Origin: Octopus sinensis
Taxonomy: Eukaryota
Reading direction: 5' to 3'
Assembly (NCBI RefSeq): GCF_006345805.1
Contig: NC_043004.1
Coordinates: 70,246,001-70,310,000, forward strand
Length of the DNA: 64,000 nucleotides
Shown here: piece after piece, positions 25,501 through 39,329 of the stretch
Layout of the letters: every line of letters starts with the position of its first letter
Position numbering within the stretch: the first letter of the stretch is position 1
The notes under the pieces: generated by a model
What the model was told of the DNA's origin: nothing
What the model saw: the letters and a program-made list of their open reading frames with translations, nothing else
Database searches by the model: none
Translations under genes and position numbers: made by a program

Positions 25501-26000
25501 ACAAGTGAAATCGAAATCGAAATCAAATTTGATGATTGGCATCTGTGCTAGTGGAGCACTAAGAGTACCATACAAGCACGATCATTGCCAGAGCAACAAG
25601 CTGGCCTCTGTGCTGATGGCATGTAAAAAGCACCATTCAAGCATGATCATTACCTGTGTCACCTTACTGGCACTTGTGCTGGTGGCACATGAAAAAACAT
25701 TCGAGCGAGGTCGTTGCCAGTGCCACTGGACTGGCTCCTGTGCAGGTGGCACATAAAATGCTCCATTTGAGTGTGGCTGCTGCCAGTACTGCCTGACTGG
25801 CCCTCATGCCAGTGGCACATAAAAGCACCCACTACACTCTCAGAGTGGTTGGCATTATGAATGGCATCCAGCTGTAGAAACTCTGCCAGATCAGATTGGA
25901 GTCTGGTGCAGCCATCTGGTTCACCAGACCTCAGTCAAATTGTCCAACCCATGCTAGCATGGAAAGCGGATGTTAAACAATGATGATGATGGTGATGATA
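22579..26000 (+). mobile_element. RTE-clade LINE, 5'-truncated, inactivated (APE endonuclease + RT + 3'UTR + (GAT)n tail)
   Basis: APE motifs ISAYAPQ, GDFNGHVG, IDYIL, QHRLVV. RT motifs KAPGPSGI, QFGF, FVDMEKAFDRVP, QGSVLSP, YVDD. Stops at 23005 and about 23365; frameshifting deletion at about 24406; further frameshift and stops at about 24862, 24991, 25314. Confidence 0.92.
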
Positions 26001-29000
26001 CTGTTATTTCCTCAGTCTCAGAAGGATGAAAGGCAATGTCTCGACCCCGGTGAAATTTAATTTGGAACATAACCAAACACTGCAATAGAGTGTGTTTGAT
26101 ATTTGGCCAATTCTTACACTGAACATTAAGCTGAATTTTTTATATCAAACTGGCATCCTCTGTACTTCCATAAATGATGGTATAATATAGAGTATATATG
26201 TCAGAGAAAGGGAGAAAGTTAAACGTCTATTGCTTGAGATGTCTTTGCAAAATCTTTGGCATCACATGGGAAAGACACGATCGCCAATTCTGAGGTTTTG
26301 GGCAACAAAGGAAAGAATACCATATTTGCAATGCTCAATGAGTGTCGTCTGTGATGGCAGGGTTATTTGTTATTTCTTTACTGCCCAGAAGGGTCTAGAC
26401 ACAGAGGGGACAAACCAGGACAGACAAAGGAATTAAGTCGATTATATCGACCCCAGTGCGTAACTGGTACTTATTTAATCGACCCCAAAAGGATGAAAAG
26501 CAAAGTCAACCTCAGCAGAATTTGAACTCAGTACGTAGCGGCAGACAAAATACCACTAAGCATTTCGCCCGGCATGCTAACGTTTCTGCCAGCTCACTGC
26601 CTTATATTTGTGTCAGACAAGCAGGGTTATTTGTGCCAGACAGACACATCCCTAAATGTTTAATACATAGCCTACTTGAGTATGGATCACATCAAACAAA
26701 TTATTCTTATCTGAAATGTATGGATGCATGTTAAAGGGACAACTGTCCAGTACATGTTCAATGGGGACATAGAAGGATGTAGCATTAAACTGTTTATTCC
26801 AGAGATGTGCTGTGAAGGCAGAGGTGAAAAAGGTTGAATTTGAGAAACTAAAAAGACAAATGTGAAAGACATCAACTCTACACAACTCCATTTTTGTCTG
26901 TAGTAACTGTAAAAAGAACTCCACTTATCAAACAGGCTGACACAGTCATTACATATGATGTGAGAGTATAATGATGGGGTAGAAAGGAAAGAAAAAGAGA
27001 AAGAAAGAGAGAAGTAGAAGAAAAGAAGAAATTTCCATCAAGTTGAGGTTGATGAAGACCAATCCACACAAATATCAAATCCCAAGAGAAAGAAAAGCAA
27101 AAACAAGCATGTTTTAGTGCTTATCTGAAAAGAGTAAGGAATAGGTGAAGTATTAATGTCGACCCAGTGCAGAAAACTGCATCTGTTAGCAGCTAGCATT
27201 GCAGCAAATAATTCCTAAGGAAAGAGGAAACAGCAGTGTAAAGTAAAGAGTAGTTTATCTTTTAGTAAACATTCTGTGGGAATACCAGAATGTTCTCAGG
27301 TAGAAAAAATGAAAACATTTTCTTTTTTTTTTTTCAAATACTTTAATCTGATTTAATAATCATACTGGTAAAATGTCTAACGGAGGATAAGATACTGAGC
27401 AAACAGCTTGCAGGATGGGTGGTAAGGTAAATTCGTTCATGTCGATTGAAGGAATTTTGGTGTGTACTTGATGTTTATACATGTTTGGGCATGCAAACAA
27501 AAGACAAGGTACTTGAGTTGAGTATATTTATTCACTTGAAATTTATGATGCATTTCATTGTAACTCAAAGTGACTTGTCACTTGTATTGTTTCAAAATAA
27601 AAAATATGGATTTCATATCTTTTCATTACCAAGAAGATAGCACATGGCAAAAAACCCTGACTAACAATGTTGTGAATGAATGTGTGTCTATAGCAGTAGT
27701 TCTCAACCAGTTTTTTTTTTTTTTTATCTATGGACTCCTTTGATTACTATTCTATTCTGGACAATGAATTATATGAAACATGTATTATCATCATCATCAT
27801 CAAACATTTGCTTCCCATGCTGGTATTTGTTGAACGTTTTGACAGGATCCAACAAGCAGCAGAGTTGTGTCAGGCCCCAGTGTCTGCTTTGGCATGATTT
27901 CTACAGCTGGATACCTTTTCTAACACCAGCCACTTTATGCTTTGTACTGGGTGCTTTTTATGTGGCACCAACACTAGTGAGGTCACCAAATAACTTACAA
28001 GACAAAGTAAAGAAAGAAAAAGAAAAAGGGAAAAGCCTCCTCAATTGAGCAGGAGTGTATCTGAGAGAGGGGGAGGTGACTTTATGCCAGGTATTGAGAG
28101 AGGAACAAGCACAGGTGTCTTTCTATAGAAGAGACACCTGGCTATCCTACACTATGTGAAAGTGAGCAAGTTGCTGGAAGGGAAATAAAATATAGTGGTG
28201 GTGGGGTGCTAGAGTGTACTCCCAAGGTACAAGGTGAGTATAAAGGAGAATATAGACAAAAAGATTATATATGTATTCTTTTATTCTGTTATGTGTTTCA
28301 GCCCTAAGGCTGTGGCCATGCTGGAGCACCACCTGTATTTCATGATGAAGAGGCCACAACAATGGGGAAGTGGAGAGCCTGAATGTGCGAAATGACAAAT
28401 GAATAGAGTTGCTGCTATCGGTGACATGTATGAGTATGAATGAATGAATGAGTGAGTGAGCGTAGTGGCTGCAGGGTGCAAGGTGGAGTGCAACTATGAG
28501 AGCAGAGGCAAAGGCACTTAAATGCAGACAAGTGATGAGGTGGCAATGGTGACACATCGAGGACTTGCTGACTCTGTTGGGTCAAAAGGCATGTACCCAT
28601 GTCAGTGATCAATGAGCAGAAGGGAGTGACGAGAACTGCCCTTCCACAAAACTACCTCATCTGAACCTTTTAATAAGGAGGAAAGGTAGTGCTTATGACT
28701 TTTTACAGGGCCTCCAAGACAAAAATGTACTTTAGACAAGAGACCTGGCCCAAATTCATGCAACAGTGTAACCTCTCCTGAAGGACCCAAGGTGCCAATT
28801 GGTGGTGCTAAATAGGGTAACAGATTAAATCAATCATCCAAATAGGCTATGGTAGGATTTGAAATCAGAACACAATGAACTGCAACAAACACCACAAAGA
28901 ATCAGGCCTGATATTTTTACAATTCTACCAATGCCCCACCCAGGAGGATGGGCTGAAAACTAAAAGTAGAAAAAAAGGGTGGTCTCAACTTCAAATAAAT

Positions 29001-29609
29001 GAACAGACTTTTGTACATGTATTGGGTACTTTTTCACATTCAAATATTCAAATGTGTGTGTGTGTGTGTGTGTTATGTTTTTAACATCTGTTTATACAAA
29101 ACTTGAAGGGCTGAAGTACAAGAATAGCACAACAACAACAAATCACCACTCATCACAATCCTGTATCATCTCAACATCTTGAGATGTGATCTTATCACTT
29201 CCCCATACTTCCTCCTTACTTTTTTCTTTTCCTATCACAGTTAATCTTCTTCCACTGACACCATCACATGCCACATTTCCATTCATCCTCCATTCACATC
29301 GCATATTCATACCACAGTAGTCATTTCTCCTTTAGCAACAGAAGCTGGTATATATTTGTAATTAAAACATTTATTTCACAATCACAGGCATCCAGGTTCG
29401 ATGCTACTGTGAAGCACTTTAGTCAAAAAACACGAAAAGGGTAATCTGTCATAACTTTATGTTGTTGACTCAAAACTCAAGTGAAACTGGCTGGCTGAGT
29501 ACACCTCTGATTATGATGACAAGTGTTTATCATGAAATTAACATGCAAGTGGCTGAGCTCCTCAAATATATGACTGTGTTTGATAGGTAGGAAAGGTGTT
29601 GTGCTTGGT

Positions 29610-29830
29610 GTTCGTTGACCTGAAGAAAGCCTTTAACAGGGTCCTTGGTTTTGAGGAAGGAGCTTGGGGTAAATGAATGGCCTGTGAAGGCTATACAATC
29701 TGTGAAATGGGGTACTGTCAGGAATTTCACATTTCTTGGTTCTCAGTCCCCTCCTATTTTTTATAGCCTTCCAGGTCACAACAGAGGAACTTATAACCAG
29801 TTGACCCTGTGAACGTTCTTCTCATAGCAG
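29610..29830 (+). pseudogene. Older degenerate RTE RT fragment
   Basis: FVDLKKAFNRV...ELGVNEWPVKAIQ...VLSPLLF-like translation with deletions. Confidence 0.55.
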
Positions 29831-30084
29831 AATGTCTAAAAGACACACATACCCTTAATGTAGTTTTCAGGCAGATTCAGTATGACACAGAATGTAACAA
29901 GGCTGGCCCTTTGAAATTCAGGTACAACTCACTTTTACCAGCTGTGTGGGCAGCACCAATGGAGAATAAAGTATCTTGCTCAAAGAAGTAAACCACCACC
30001 AAGAACTGAACTCACAACCTTATGATTGTGAGCTGAATATACTAACCCCACTGAGCCATGTATGAAACTGAATAGATGGAATTT

Positions 30085-32027
30085 GAGGTATCAAGCTGTT
30101 GGATCAGGTGATGAAGGTTACGGAGAGGGTCATAGCCCAACTAATTAGAGAGAGAGTTAGTTTAGATGAGATGCAGTTTGGGTTCATGCCAGGGAAAAGC
30201 ACCACTGATGCCATATTCCTGGTAAGACAGCTGCAGGAGAAATACCTAGCCAAAGATAAGCCCCTGTACATGGCTTTCGTTGACATGGAGAAAGCCTTTG
30301 ACAGGGTCCCCCGATCCCTTATCTGGTGGTCAATGAGGAAACTAGGGATAGATGAATGGTTAGTGAGAGCTGTGCAAGCCATGTACAGAGACGCTGTAAG
30401 TAAGGTGAGGGTTGGCAATGAGTACACTAAAGAATTCAGGGTAGAGGTAGGGGTCCTCCAAGGTTCAGTCCTCAGCCCCCTCCTATTTATCATAGTCCTC
30501 CAGGCAATAACGGAGGAATTCAGGACAGGATGCCCCTGGGAGCTCCTATATGTTGATGACCTTGCTCTAATTGCTGAGTCACTATCAGAACTAGAGGAGA
30601 AGTTTCAAGTGTGGAGACAAGGATTAGAATCGAAGGGCCTTAAAATCAACCTAGCTAAAACCAAAGTACTAATAAGTAGAAATGTAGACAATCCACAAAT
30701 ATCCTCAGGAAGATGGCTCTGCTCGATCTGTAGAAAAGGTGTAGGTAGAAACTCTATAAGATGCACCAAGTGTAAGCTATGGACACATAAGAGGTGCAGC
30801 AATGTCAAAGGAAGGCTAACTCGGAAGATGGTTTTTGTATGTGGCAGATGCTCGGGAACAATAAACACTGAAAATGCTCTGAGACCAACTTCCGTCACTT
30901 TCCAGGGAGAAAAACTAGAAATAGTTGATAGTTTCCGTTACCTAGGTGACCAAGTCAGCAGCGGGGGCGGGTGTGCTGAAAGTGTAACTGCTAGAGTAAG
31001 AATAGCTTGGGCAAAGTTTAGAGAGCTCTTACCTCTACTGGTGACAAAAGGCCTCTCGCACAGAGTGAAAGGCAGACTGTATGATGCGTGTGTACGAACA
31101 GCCATGCTACATGGCAGTGAAACATGGGCCGTGACTGCTGAGGATATGCGTAAGATCGCAAGAAATGAAGCCAGTATGCTCCGATGGATGTGTAATGTCA
31201 GTACTCATACTCGGCAGAGTGTAAGTACCTTGAGAGAAAAGCTGGACCTAAGAAGCATCAGTTGTGGTGTGCAAGAGAGACGTTTGCGCTGGTATGGTCA
31301 TGTGGCGAGAATGGATGAAGATAGTTGTGTGAAAAAGTGCCACACCCTAGCGGTTGAGGGAACCTGTGGAAGAGGCAGACCCAGGAAAACCTGGGACGAG
31401 GTGGTGAAGCACGACCTTCGAACTTTAGGTCTCACTGAGGAAATGACTAGAAACCGAGTCCTCTGGAAGTGTGCTGTGCGCGAGAAGACCCGGCAGGACA
31501 AGTGAGTCCATAACCCGTGGCCTTCTACATGGGATGGAGCCAGCCTACGTATGCATACCTTCTCTTCTTGGGACACAAAACTCTACTTGTGAAGACCTGT
31601 TGAGGATCAGAATCGAAATCGATCAATGGAAATTGCAGATGTGTCACCAGTGCCGGTGGCATGTCGAAACTCTACTTGTGAAGACCCGTTGAGGCAAGTG
31701 AGGATCAGAATGGAAATCGATCAATGGAAATTGCAGATGTGTTACCAGTGCCGGTGGCATGTAAGAGAACCTTCCGTTTCGCGACCGTTGCCAGCACCGC
31801 CCCGTTTCGTGTCCGTTGCCAGCCTCGCCTGGCCCTCGTGCCGGTGGCACATAAAAAGCACCATCCGTTCGTGGCCGTTTGCCAGCTCTGTCTGGCACCT
31901 GTGCGGGTGGTACGTAAAAAGCACCCACTACACTCACGGAGTGGTTGGCGTTACCCCAGTAGAACCGTCCAACCCATGCTAGCATGGAAAACAGACGCTA
32001 AACGACGATGATGATGATGATGATGAT
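30085..32027 (+). mobile_element. RTE-clade LINE, 5'-truncated within RT; uninterrupted 468-aa ORF 30099-31505; 3'UTR with internal tandem duplication and (GAT)n tail
   Basis: Homology to copy 1 starts at gaggtatc (30085). The ORF has FVDMEKAFDRVP, QGSVLSPLLF, YVDD, FRYLG, LRWYGHV. An about 100-bp 3'UTR unit is repeated at about 31579 and 31668. Confidence 0.92.
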
Positions 32028-32754
32028 GTTATCAATCATAATGTTGAACATTGCACATGGCTTGGCCAGCTCTTATAAACCATTCTTCCACAATTAACCT
32101 TCTGAGGTGATAATTGCTAACACATATCAACAATAAGCAAGAGGTGTTTAACTCCAGATCATCCCTGATAGCAACCCTATGATCAAAGACAATCCAACCA
32201 TGGCCATCTCATCCGTTTGTTCCTTTCTTTTCAAGATGGTCAGGATGTAATTTAAAGTTGCATGTTGGTAGAGTCATTAGAGCATCAGATAGAATGTCTT
32301 GGGATAACCCTTTGTACTGTGAGTTCAAATCCCAGCAATGTTAACTTTGCCTTTTAAACATCAGTGGATCAAAGGACCTGTCAAATATTGAGTTTTGATT
32401 CCTCTCTCTCTCTCTCTCTTTCTTCCTTTAGATAAACTTCTTAAGATCATTTCAAACTATCAAAAACCTCAGAATATCCTCAGAACATACAACCTGTTAC
32501 TTCTCACCCCCATCTTCTGCCATTTAATTCCCCCACCCAATCTTTCTTTGTTTTTCTTTGTTTTCTTGATGTTGTGATGGGTTTTTTTTTATACTTGATC
32601 TTTTATGCTTTTATATATTTTTCTTTCTTTCCTTCCCCACCCCTGCCTGCCCCTTAAAAATTCCTTTGTTCCCTTAGCATTATTCAACATAAATTCAAAA
32701 CTAGCAAAACAAAAGATTTTCTCCAAACAATTATTTTTGCTGTGGCAGTGGCAG

Positions 32755-32771
32755 TAGCAGCAGCAAAGCAG

Positions 32772-32831
<60 letters not shown>

Positions 32832-33004
32832 GGTGGTGGTGGTGGTGGCAGTAGCAGCAGCAGCGGTAGTGGTGGTGGTAGTAGTAGTGGTGGTGGTGGG
32901 GTGGTGGTGATGGTGGTAATGGTGGTGGTAGTGGTAGTAGTAGTTGTGGTAGTAGTGGTGTCAGTAGCAGCGGTAGTGGTGGTAGTAGTAGTAGTAGTAG
33001 TGTG

Positions 33005-33044
<40 letters not shown>

Positions 33045-33063
33045 CAGCAGCAGTAGTAGTAGT
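32755..33063. repeat. Compound (AGT)n/(GGT)n/(AGC)n microsatellite
   Basis: Directly visible trinucleotide tracts. Confidence 0.95.
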
Positions 33064-33561
33064 ATAAACAATAAAGGTACTGTATAGGAAATGATCACCT
33101 TTCTCTGTCTCTCCTCATTTCATTATTAACCCCCCCCCCACACCACTGAAGTCTGCTTTGAAGAAGACAATGGACTCTTGAGATGTGTGTGTGTGTGTGT
33201 GTGTGTGTATAAAACTTGAGAAAGAGAGGTAAAGAGAGGAAGTATAGGAGGTAAAGACTCCTATAAGGGCTCTTGGTATATAGGATGAGAAGCAAGTGGT
33301 CTGGAGGGGTTTATTTTATCTTTGTATGCACTTGACCAACATTGAAAATAGTTGATTTTCTTTGTTTGTGACTGTTACTGAAAAAGTGTCAAGTGCAGAA
33401 GAAGGTCAAAGAATTTGTGGGAAGGATGAGAGAGGTCATTCATCAGAACTTTGGGGCTTTTTTGAGGAAATAACCAGGGTGAACAGTAATGGTGAAACTG
33501 ATGAAATTAACTTATCAAATTCATGCTTGTATAGATGAAAATTGAGGTTAAATCAACAACA

Positions 33562-34334
33562 GGGTTATTGAGCAGGACTTAGAGAGCAAAGGTTATTGAG
33601 CATGAGTTGATGAGTGATGGTTACTAACCAAGGGCTTGTGAGTGACAGCTGATGAGAATAGGTTGATGAGTGATGATTGTTGTCCACAGGTTGATGAGTG
33701 GGGGTTACTGAGTATAAGAGTGGTGAGTGAGAGTTATTATGCAAGGGCTTGTGAGTGACAGCTGTTGAGCATAGGCTGATGAGGGAAGATTGTTGAGTAT
33801 AGGTTGATGAGTGAGGGTTATTGAGTATGAGATTGGTGAGTGAGGGTTATTATCCAAGGCTTGTGAGTGATAGCTGCTGAGAATAGATTGTGGATGAAGA
33901 TTGTTAAGCATGGGTTGATGAGTAAAGGTTATTGAATATGAGAGTGATGAGTGAAGGTTATTATCCAAGGCTTGTGAGTGACGGCTGTTGAATATAAGTT
34001 GATGAGTGAAAATTGTTGAGTATAGGTTGATGCATGAAATTTACTGAACATGAGTTGATGAATGAAGTTTATAATCCAAGGGCTTGTGAGTGATGGCTAC
34101 TGAGCATAGGTTGATGAGTGAGAGTAATTGAACATGAGATTGATGAGAGATGGCTATTATCTAAAGGCTTATGAGTGATAGCTACCGAGTATGGGGTGAG
34201 GAAGGAAGATAATTGAACATGGGTTAATAAGTGAAGGCTATTGAGCATGGGTTGATGAGTGAGGGTTATTGAGCATGAGTTTGTGAGTGACGGTCAATGA
34301 TCATAGATTTGTGAGTAAAGGTTACGGAGTATAG
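33562..34334. repeat. Minisatellite, about 28-bp monomer with about 112-bp (4-mer) higher-order period
   Basis: About 27 monomers like ggttgatgagtgagggttattgagcat. The variant junction caagg(g)cttgtgagtga recurs at about 33629, 33742, 33855, 33966, 34077 and 34162. Confidence 0.85.
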
Positions 34335-37300
34335 TTTTTTCTTATCATTATTTCAGTGCAGGTTAATGTGGCAAACTGGCAGAATCATTAGCACACTGGC
34401 GAACTGCTTAGCAGTATTTCTACTGCCACTATGTTCTGAGTTCAAATTCTGCCGAGGTCAACTTTGCCTTTCATCTTTTTGGGGTTGATGAAATAAGTAC
34501 CAGTTATGCACTGGGGTCTACTAGCCCCTTCCCCAAATTTCAGGCCTTATGCCTCCTATAGTAGAAAGGGTTATTTCAGTGCAGGCTTTCCCATTAACAG
34601 CTTAGTTATTCCCTCAGAAGGAAAAAGTTAATACTATGATATCTTTATCAAAAGCTATTTCTCATAAGAATTAGAAATGAAAAATGTCTGAGACTCATTT
34701 TAAAGATGTTAGGAAGCAAGACCTGGCAGGGGTTGCTCTGTAGAGACAATTAACAATAATAGACTTTGTATACATTGGCAGTGTTAAACAAACCAGACAA
34801 TTCTACTATTCAAACAGGTCGCAATGGGATTTGCACTCAGAATGCAAACGGCTGCAACAAACGCTGCAATGCTTTTTCCTCTGGTGCTTTAACAATTCTA
34901 CAAGTCTAGACTGATGGATAATTCTATTGCAAGGTAAAGTTGACTTTGACAGAATTTGAAATCTGAATGCAAGGATCAGAACATCATCATCATCATCATC
35001 ATCATCGTTTAGTGTCCGCTTTCCATGCTAGCATGGGTTGGACGGTTCAACTGGGGTCTGGGAAGCCAGAAGGCTGCATCAGGCCCAGTTTGATCTGGCA
35101 ATGTTTCTACGGCTGGATGCCCTTCCTAACGCCAACCACTCCATGAGTGTAGTGGGTGCTTTTTACGTGCCACCGGCACAGGTACCGGACGAGTCTGGCA
35201 AACGGCCACGATCGGATGGTGCTTTTTATGTGCCACTGGCACGGGGGCCAGGCAAGGCTGGCAACGGCCACGAATGGATGGTGCTTTTTACGTGCCACCA
35301 GCACGGGGGCCAGGCCAGGCTGAAATACTGAAATACTGAAAACAAATACTGAAATACATCTTGTCTGATGCTGCAAAATCCCAACCATTTTGCCATGTTA
35401 ATTTCATCATCATCATCATCGTTGAGTGTCTGTTCTCCACACTGGTATGGTCTAGACAGCTCGACTGGAACTGGTAAGCTGGAGAGCTGCACCAGGCTCC
35501 AGTGTATTTTGGTTTGACTTCTACAGCTGGACGCCCTTCCTAATGTCGACCACTCCACAAGGTGTACCAGGCACCTTTAACATGTCACCAGCACAGGTGC
35601 CTATTATGTGACACCGGCATGGGTGACCTTTACATGTCACCAGCTCAGATGCCTTTAATGTATCACCAGCACTGATAGCTACGACTATGATTTCATTTAG
35701 CTTGCATGGAATACTTAACATATGTAGGGAAAAGACTATGATTCAGCTGTGTGTGTGAATGCAAGTGTGGAATGTGAGTGTGTGTGAGTGTGTGTGTGTG
35801 TGTGTATCATACAATGATATCTTTGTATATACAAGTGACATACAATTACTTATTTCTTTATTGCTCACAAGGGGCTAAACATAGAGGGGGACAAACCAGG
35901 ACAGACAAAGGGATTAAGTCAATTACATCGACCCCCAGTACGTAACTGGTACTTAATTTATCGACCCTGAAAGGATGAAAGGCAAAGTCGACCTTGGCAG
36001 AATTTGAACTCAGAATGTAAAGACAGACGAAATACTACTAAGCATTTCACCCGGCATGCTAACGATTCGGCCAGCTCTACTATAAACCACAAGATCATAA
36101 ACTTTTGGAAGAAAGTGTAGTTGATTATACTGACTGACCCCACTACCTCGCTATTAATTATTTTATTAACCCCATAAGGTTGACTGTCAAAGTTGATCCT
36201 GGCAGGATTTGAACCTAGAATATAAAGAGCCGTACGAAAATGCCATAAAGCATTTAGTATGGTTGTATACTGATTCTGGTAGTTACCACCCCAAGAGTCA
36301 TCAGGCGATTGCTCAGATGGAGGAGAGTTATGTCAATTAAATTAACGCCAGTAGTGGACTGGTACCTTGTTTCATTGACCCCAGAATGATGAAAGGCTAA
36401 GCTAACTTTCGCAGGATTTGATCTCAGAAAGTAATGCAATGCAACTAAATTCTGTAAGATCCACACAACCAGAGGTTATCTTTGGTTTCTATTATGCTAA
36501 GCAAATATGAGGTAAACTCTCTGATGGAAAGGACTGAGGGCTATTTCGAGTAACTTTTCCCTTGGAAGGATTTGAACAGAGAACTTAGAAGCTAAGGAAT
36601 GTATGAGAGAAAGATAATTACTTGGTGGATAAAAAGGCAAAGTTTTCTTTTATATTTTTCAGGTATGGGTCAGTATTTTGCCGCTGAGATTGAATTATAA
36701 AAGCTAGAAGAGAGAAGTTGTGGTGGGGGGAAGGGGTTTATTTCTAAAGGTAAATATGGCCTGAGACATTCTGTAGAATTAAGTTAAATATTCTGCAGAG
36801 ATTGAAAGCTAGTAATTCACAGTAATTCACCTGTAATTCAGTGAGTAAATGGAACAACACCACCAATATCAACATTAACATGCAGAAAGGAAGTGGGTGA
36901 GTGAGACTAAGAGAGAGAGAGTGAGAGAGAGTAATTGAATAATGAAGTATCAGTCTCTTAGAAGTAACAAATATCAGATGTTTTAAGAAGAACAGGAAGA
37001 GAGGAGAGGGAAAGAGTAGTTATTCTGGTGGATTATAATTGCCAGTGTTTAAGCCTCAAAGACTATTTAATAGACCAGATGAAAAGAAAAAAATGGGAGG
37101 ACAGGAAATATGTGCATATTTACCTTAGTAGGCAAGTAATTAAGTTTTTCTTTTATTGGCAAAAGCGTAAGAAAGCAAAAGGGCCCCTAACCAGTTTAGA
37201 CCACTTTGATGATGGAAAAGAACAAAAACAAAAACAGGGTTTTGGTAGATGTGGAAAGAGTTAGGTGGGGGTGTATGATTAAGCACGATTAAGTCAATTG

Positions 37301-37905
37301 TGGTTTTAATTCTCCCTACTGAAGAACTGTAGCTAAAATGATGTAAAGGAAAGGATAAAAATTTCCAAGGAAAGTGGGCTGTGTTGCAAATGCTTCGTGT
37401 TTTTTTGATGGGTTTTTTTTTCTATTTTAGTTTTGTTTTTTACTACAGAATGAAATTTGGCTAAAGCAAGAAAGGTCATTGTTCGCAAAACAGGTAGACC
37501 AGGTAAATCTTTGGAACTCATTTAGAATTGGAGTAAAAAGAATAAATAGAAGAATAAATGCTGAAAAGGATGCAATAACTTGAAGTATAAATACTTGGAA
37601 TTTGGAAACGAGGGTTTCTTTGCTGGAAGAATAAGAACTGTATTTGGGTTGCACAAAAATGGAACCTGTTTTCAACAGTCCTTGTCATATTTCCCTCACT
37701 GTTTGTATGGTGGCAACATTTGTTTACTATCAGTAAATAATGCCAAGACAATGAAACACAAATACACACACTCATGTATGCTTACACAAACACACCTACG
37801 TATAAAGTCAGCAGCAAAAGTTCTTTCTATTGTGCTTTTGTCTCCCTTTTCTGTCCATTACACTTTCACTCAGTTTTTGTCTGTTTTTCCCTTCTCAGTC
37901 TAAAT

Positions 37906-37958
<53 letters not shown>

Positions 37959-38081
37959 GGCGGTGCCCCAGCATGGCACCTTGGGTAAGTGTCTTCTACT
38001 ATAGCCTCAGGCCGACCAAAGCCTTGTGAATGGAAACTGAAAGAAGCCTGTCACATATATGTATATATATATATATAATAT

Positions 38082-38137
<56 letters not shown>

Positions 38138-39329
38138 ATATATATGTATGTGTGGTGTGTGTGTGTGTGGTGTGTGTGTGTGTGTGTATGTGTGTGTGTG
38201 CATGTTTGTGTATCTGTGTTTGTCCTCCAACATCGCTTGACAACCAATACTGGTGTGTTTACATCCCCGTAACTTAGTGGTTCGGCAAAGAGACTGATAG
38301 AATAAGTACTAGGCTTACAAAGAATAAGTCCTGGGGATAATTTGCTCAACTAAAGGCTCCAGCATAGCCACAGTCAAATGACTGAAACAAGTAAAGGAGT
38401 AAAAGAGTATATATATATATACCTACATAATATGTATGTATATATGTACACACAACAGGCTTGTTTCAGTTTCCATCCACTAAATTCATTCACAAGGCTT
38501 TGATTGACCCATGTGCAGCACAATAGGATTGCACTTGAAACCATGAGTTTGGGAAATAAACTTCTTAACCAGTCACACAAACGCACACACACACACACAC
38601 TTAAACTTCTCCACCCTGCTCTCTTATTAATGCAGGATTCACTTTCTTAAGAGGACCAATATCCCAGTCTTTATCATCATCATCATCATCTTTTAAAGTC
38701 TGCCTTCCATGCTAGCATGGATGGGACAGTTTCACAAAAGCCATGCAGGCAGAAGCCTGCACCAGACTTCTGTGACTGTTTTGGCAGGATTTTTACAGCT
38801 GGATGCCCTTCCTAACACCAACCACTCAGCAGAGTGGACTTAGAGCTTATTACGCAGTGCAAGCCATTTCTCATCCCTGCCTTTGCAGTACTTGGGAGTG
38901 AACCCATTCTAGGCAAGCTGAAGATCACCTTCTGATGAGCCGAGTAACACCATGACATCTGCAAGTATCATCCAAACGATTGTATAAAGACCGATTGTGA
39001 TACCACTTCCAAAAAGGTGGAACATGTTAATCCATTTCTTAAAGGTAATGAAAATGTAAAATGACATTGTTCATCCTTGCTGTGTTCTCAAATGATGAAC
39101 AATAGGAGACTGGATCGGATGCTGGGACTGCAGATGCTGGCACAGTAATGCAAGCGGCTCCAGCATTTGATCCTCAGAAGGGGAGTGATTAGTAAAAAAA
39201 AGCCAAACTCATTATCTTCAATTTGGTCTTTATACCTATCCTCATCTTCATCATCGTCGTCATTTAACGTCCACCTTCCATGCTTGTAAATGCTGAGTAA
39301 GGAGTGAAAGTATATGATTGCAAATACCA

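Noticed and set aside
32742-33017. Gly/Ser/Val-rich 91-aa ORF resembling a structural or membrane protein
   Set aside because: Entirely a compound trinucleotide microsatellite.
33562-34334. CRISPR-like or telomere-like array
   Set aside because: Contiguous diverged monomers with no unique spacers and no TTAGGG runs; eukaryotic context, no cas genes.
36640-36670. Plus-strand ttttcttttatattttttcAG|GTATGG, a recursive-site-like motif
   Set aside because: No plus-strand gene is evident and the donor is weaker; kept only as a caution that such motifs can arise by chance.
37427-37675. 82-aa minus-strand ORF with a hydrophobic stretch
   Set aside because: No recognisable family and no convincing splice sites; hydrophobicity follows from T-rich composition.
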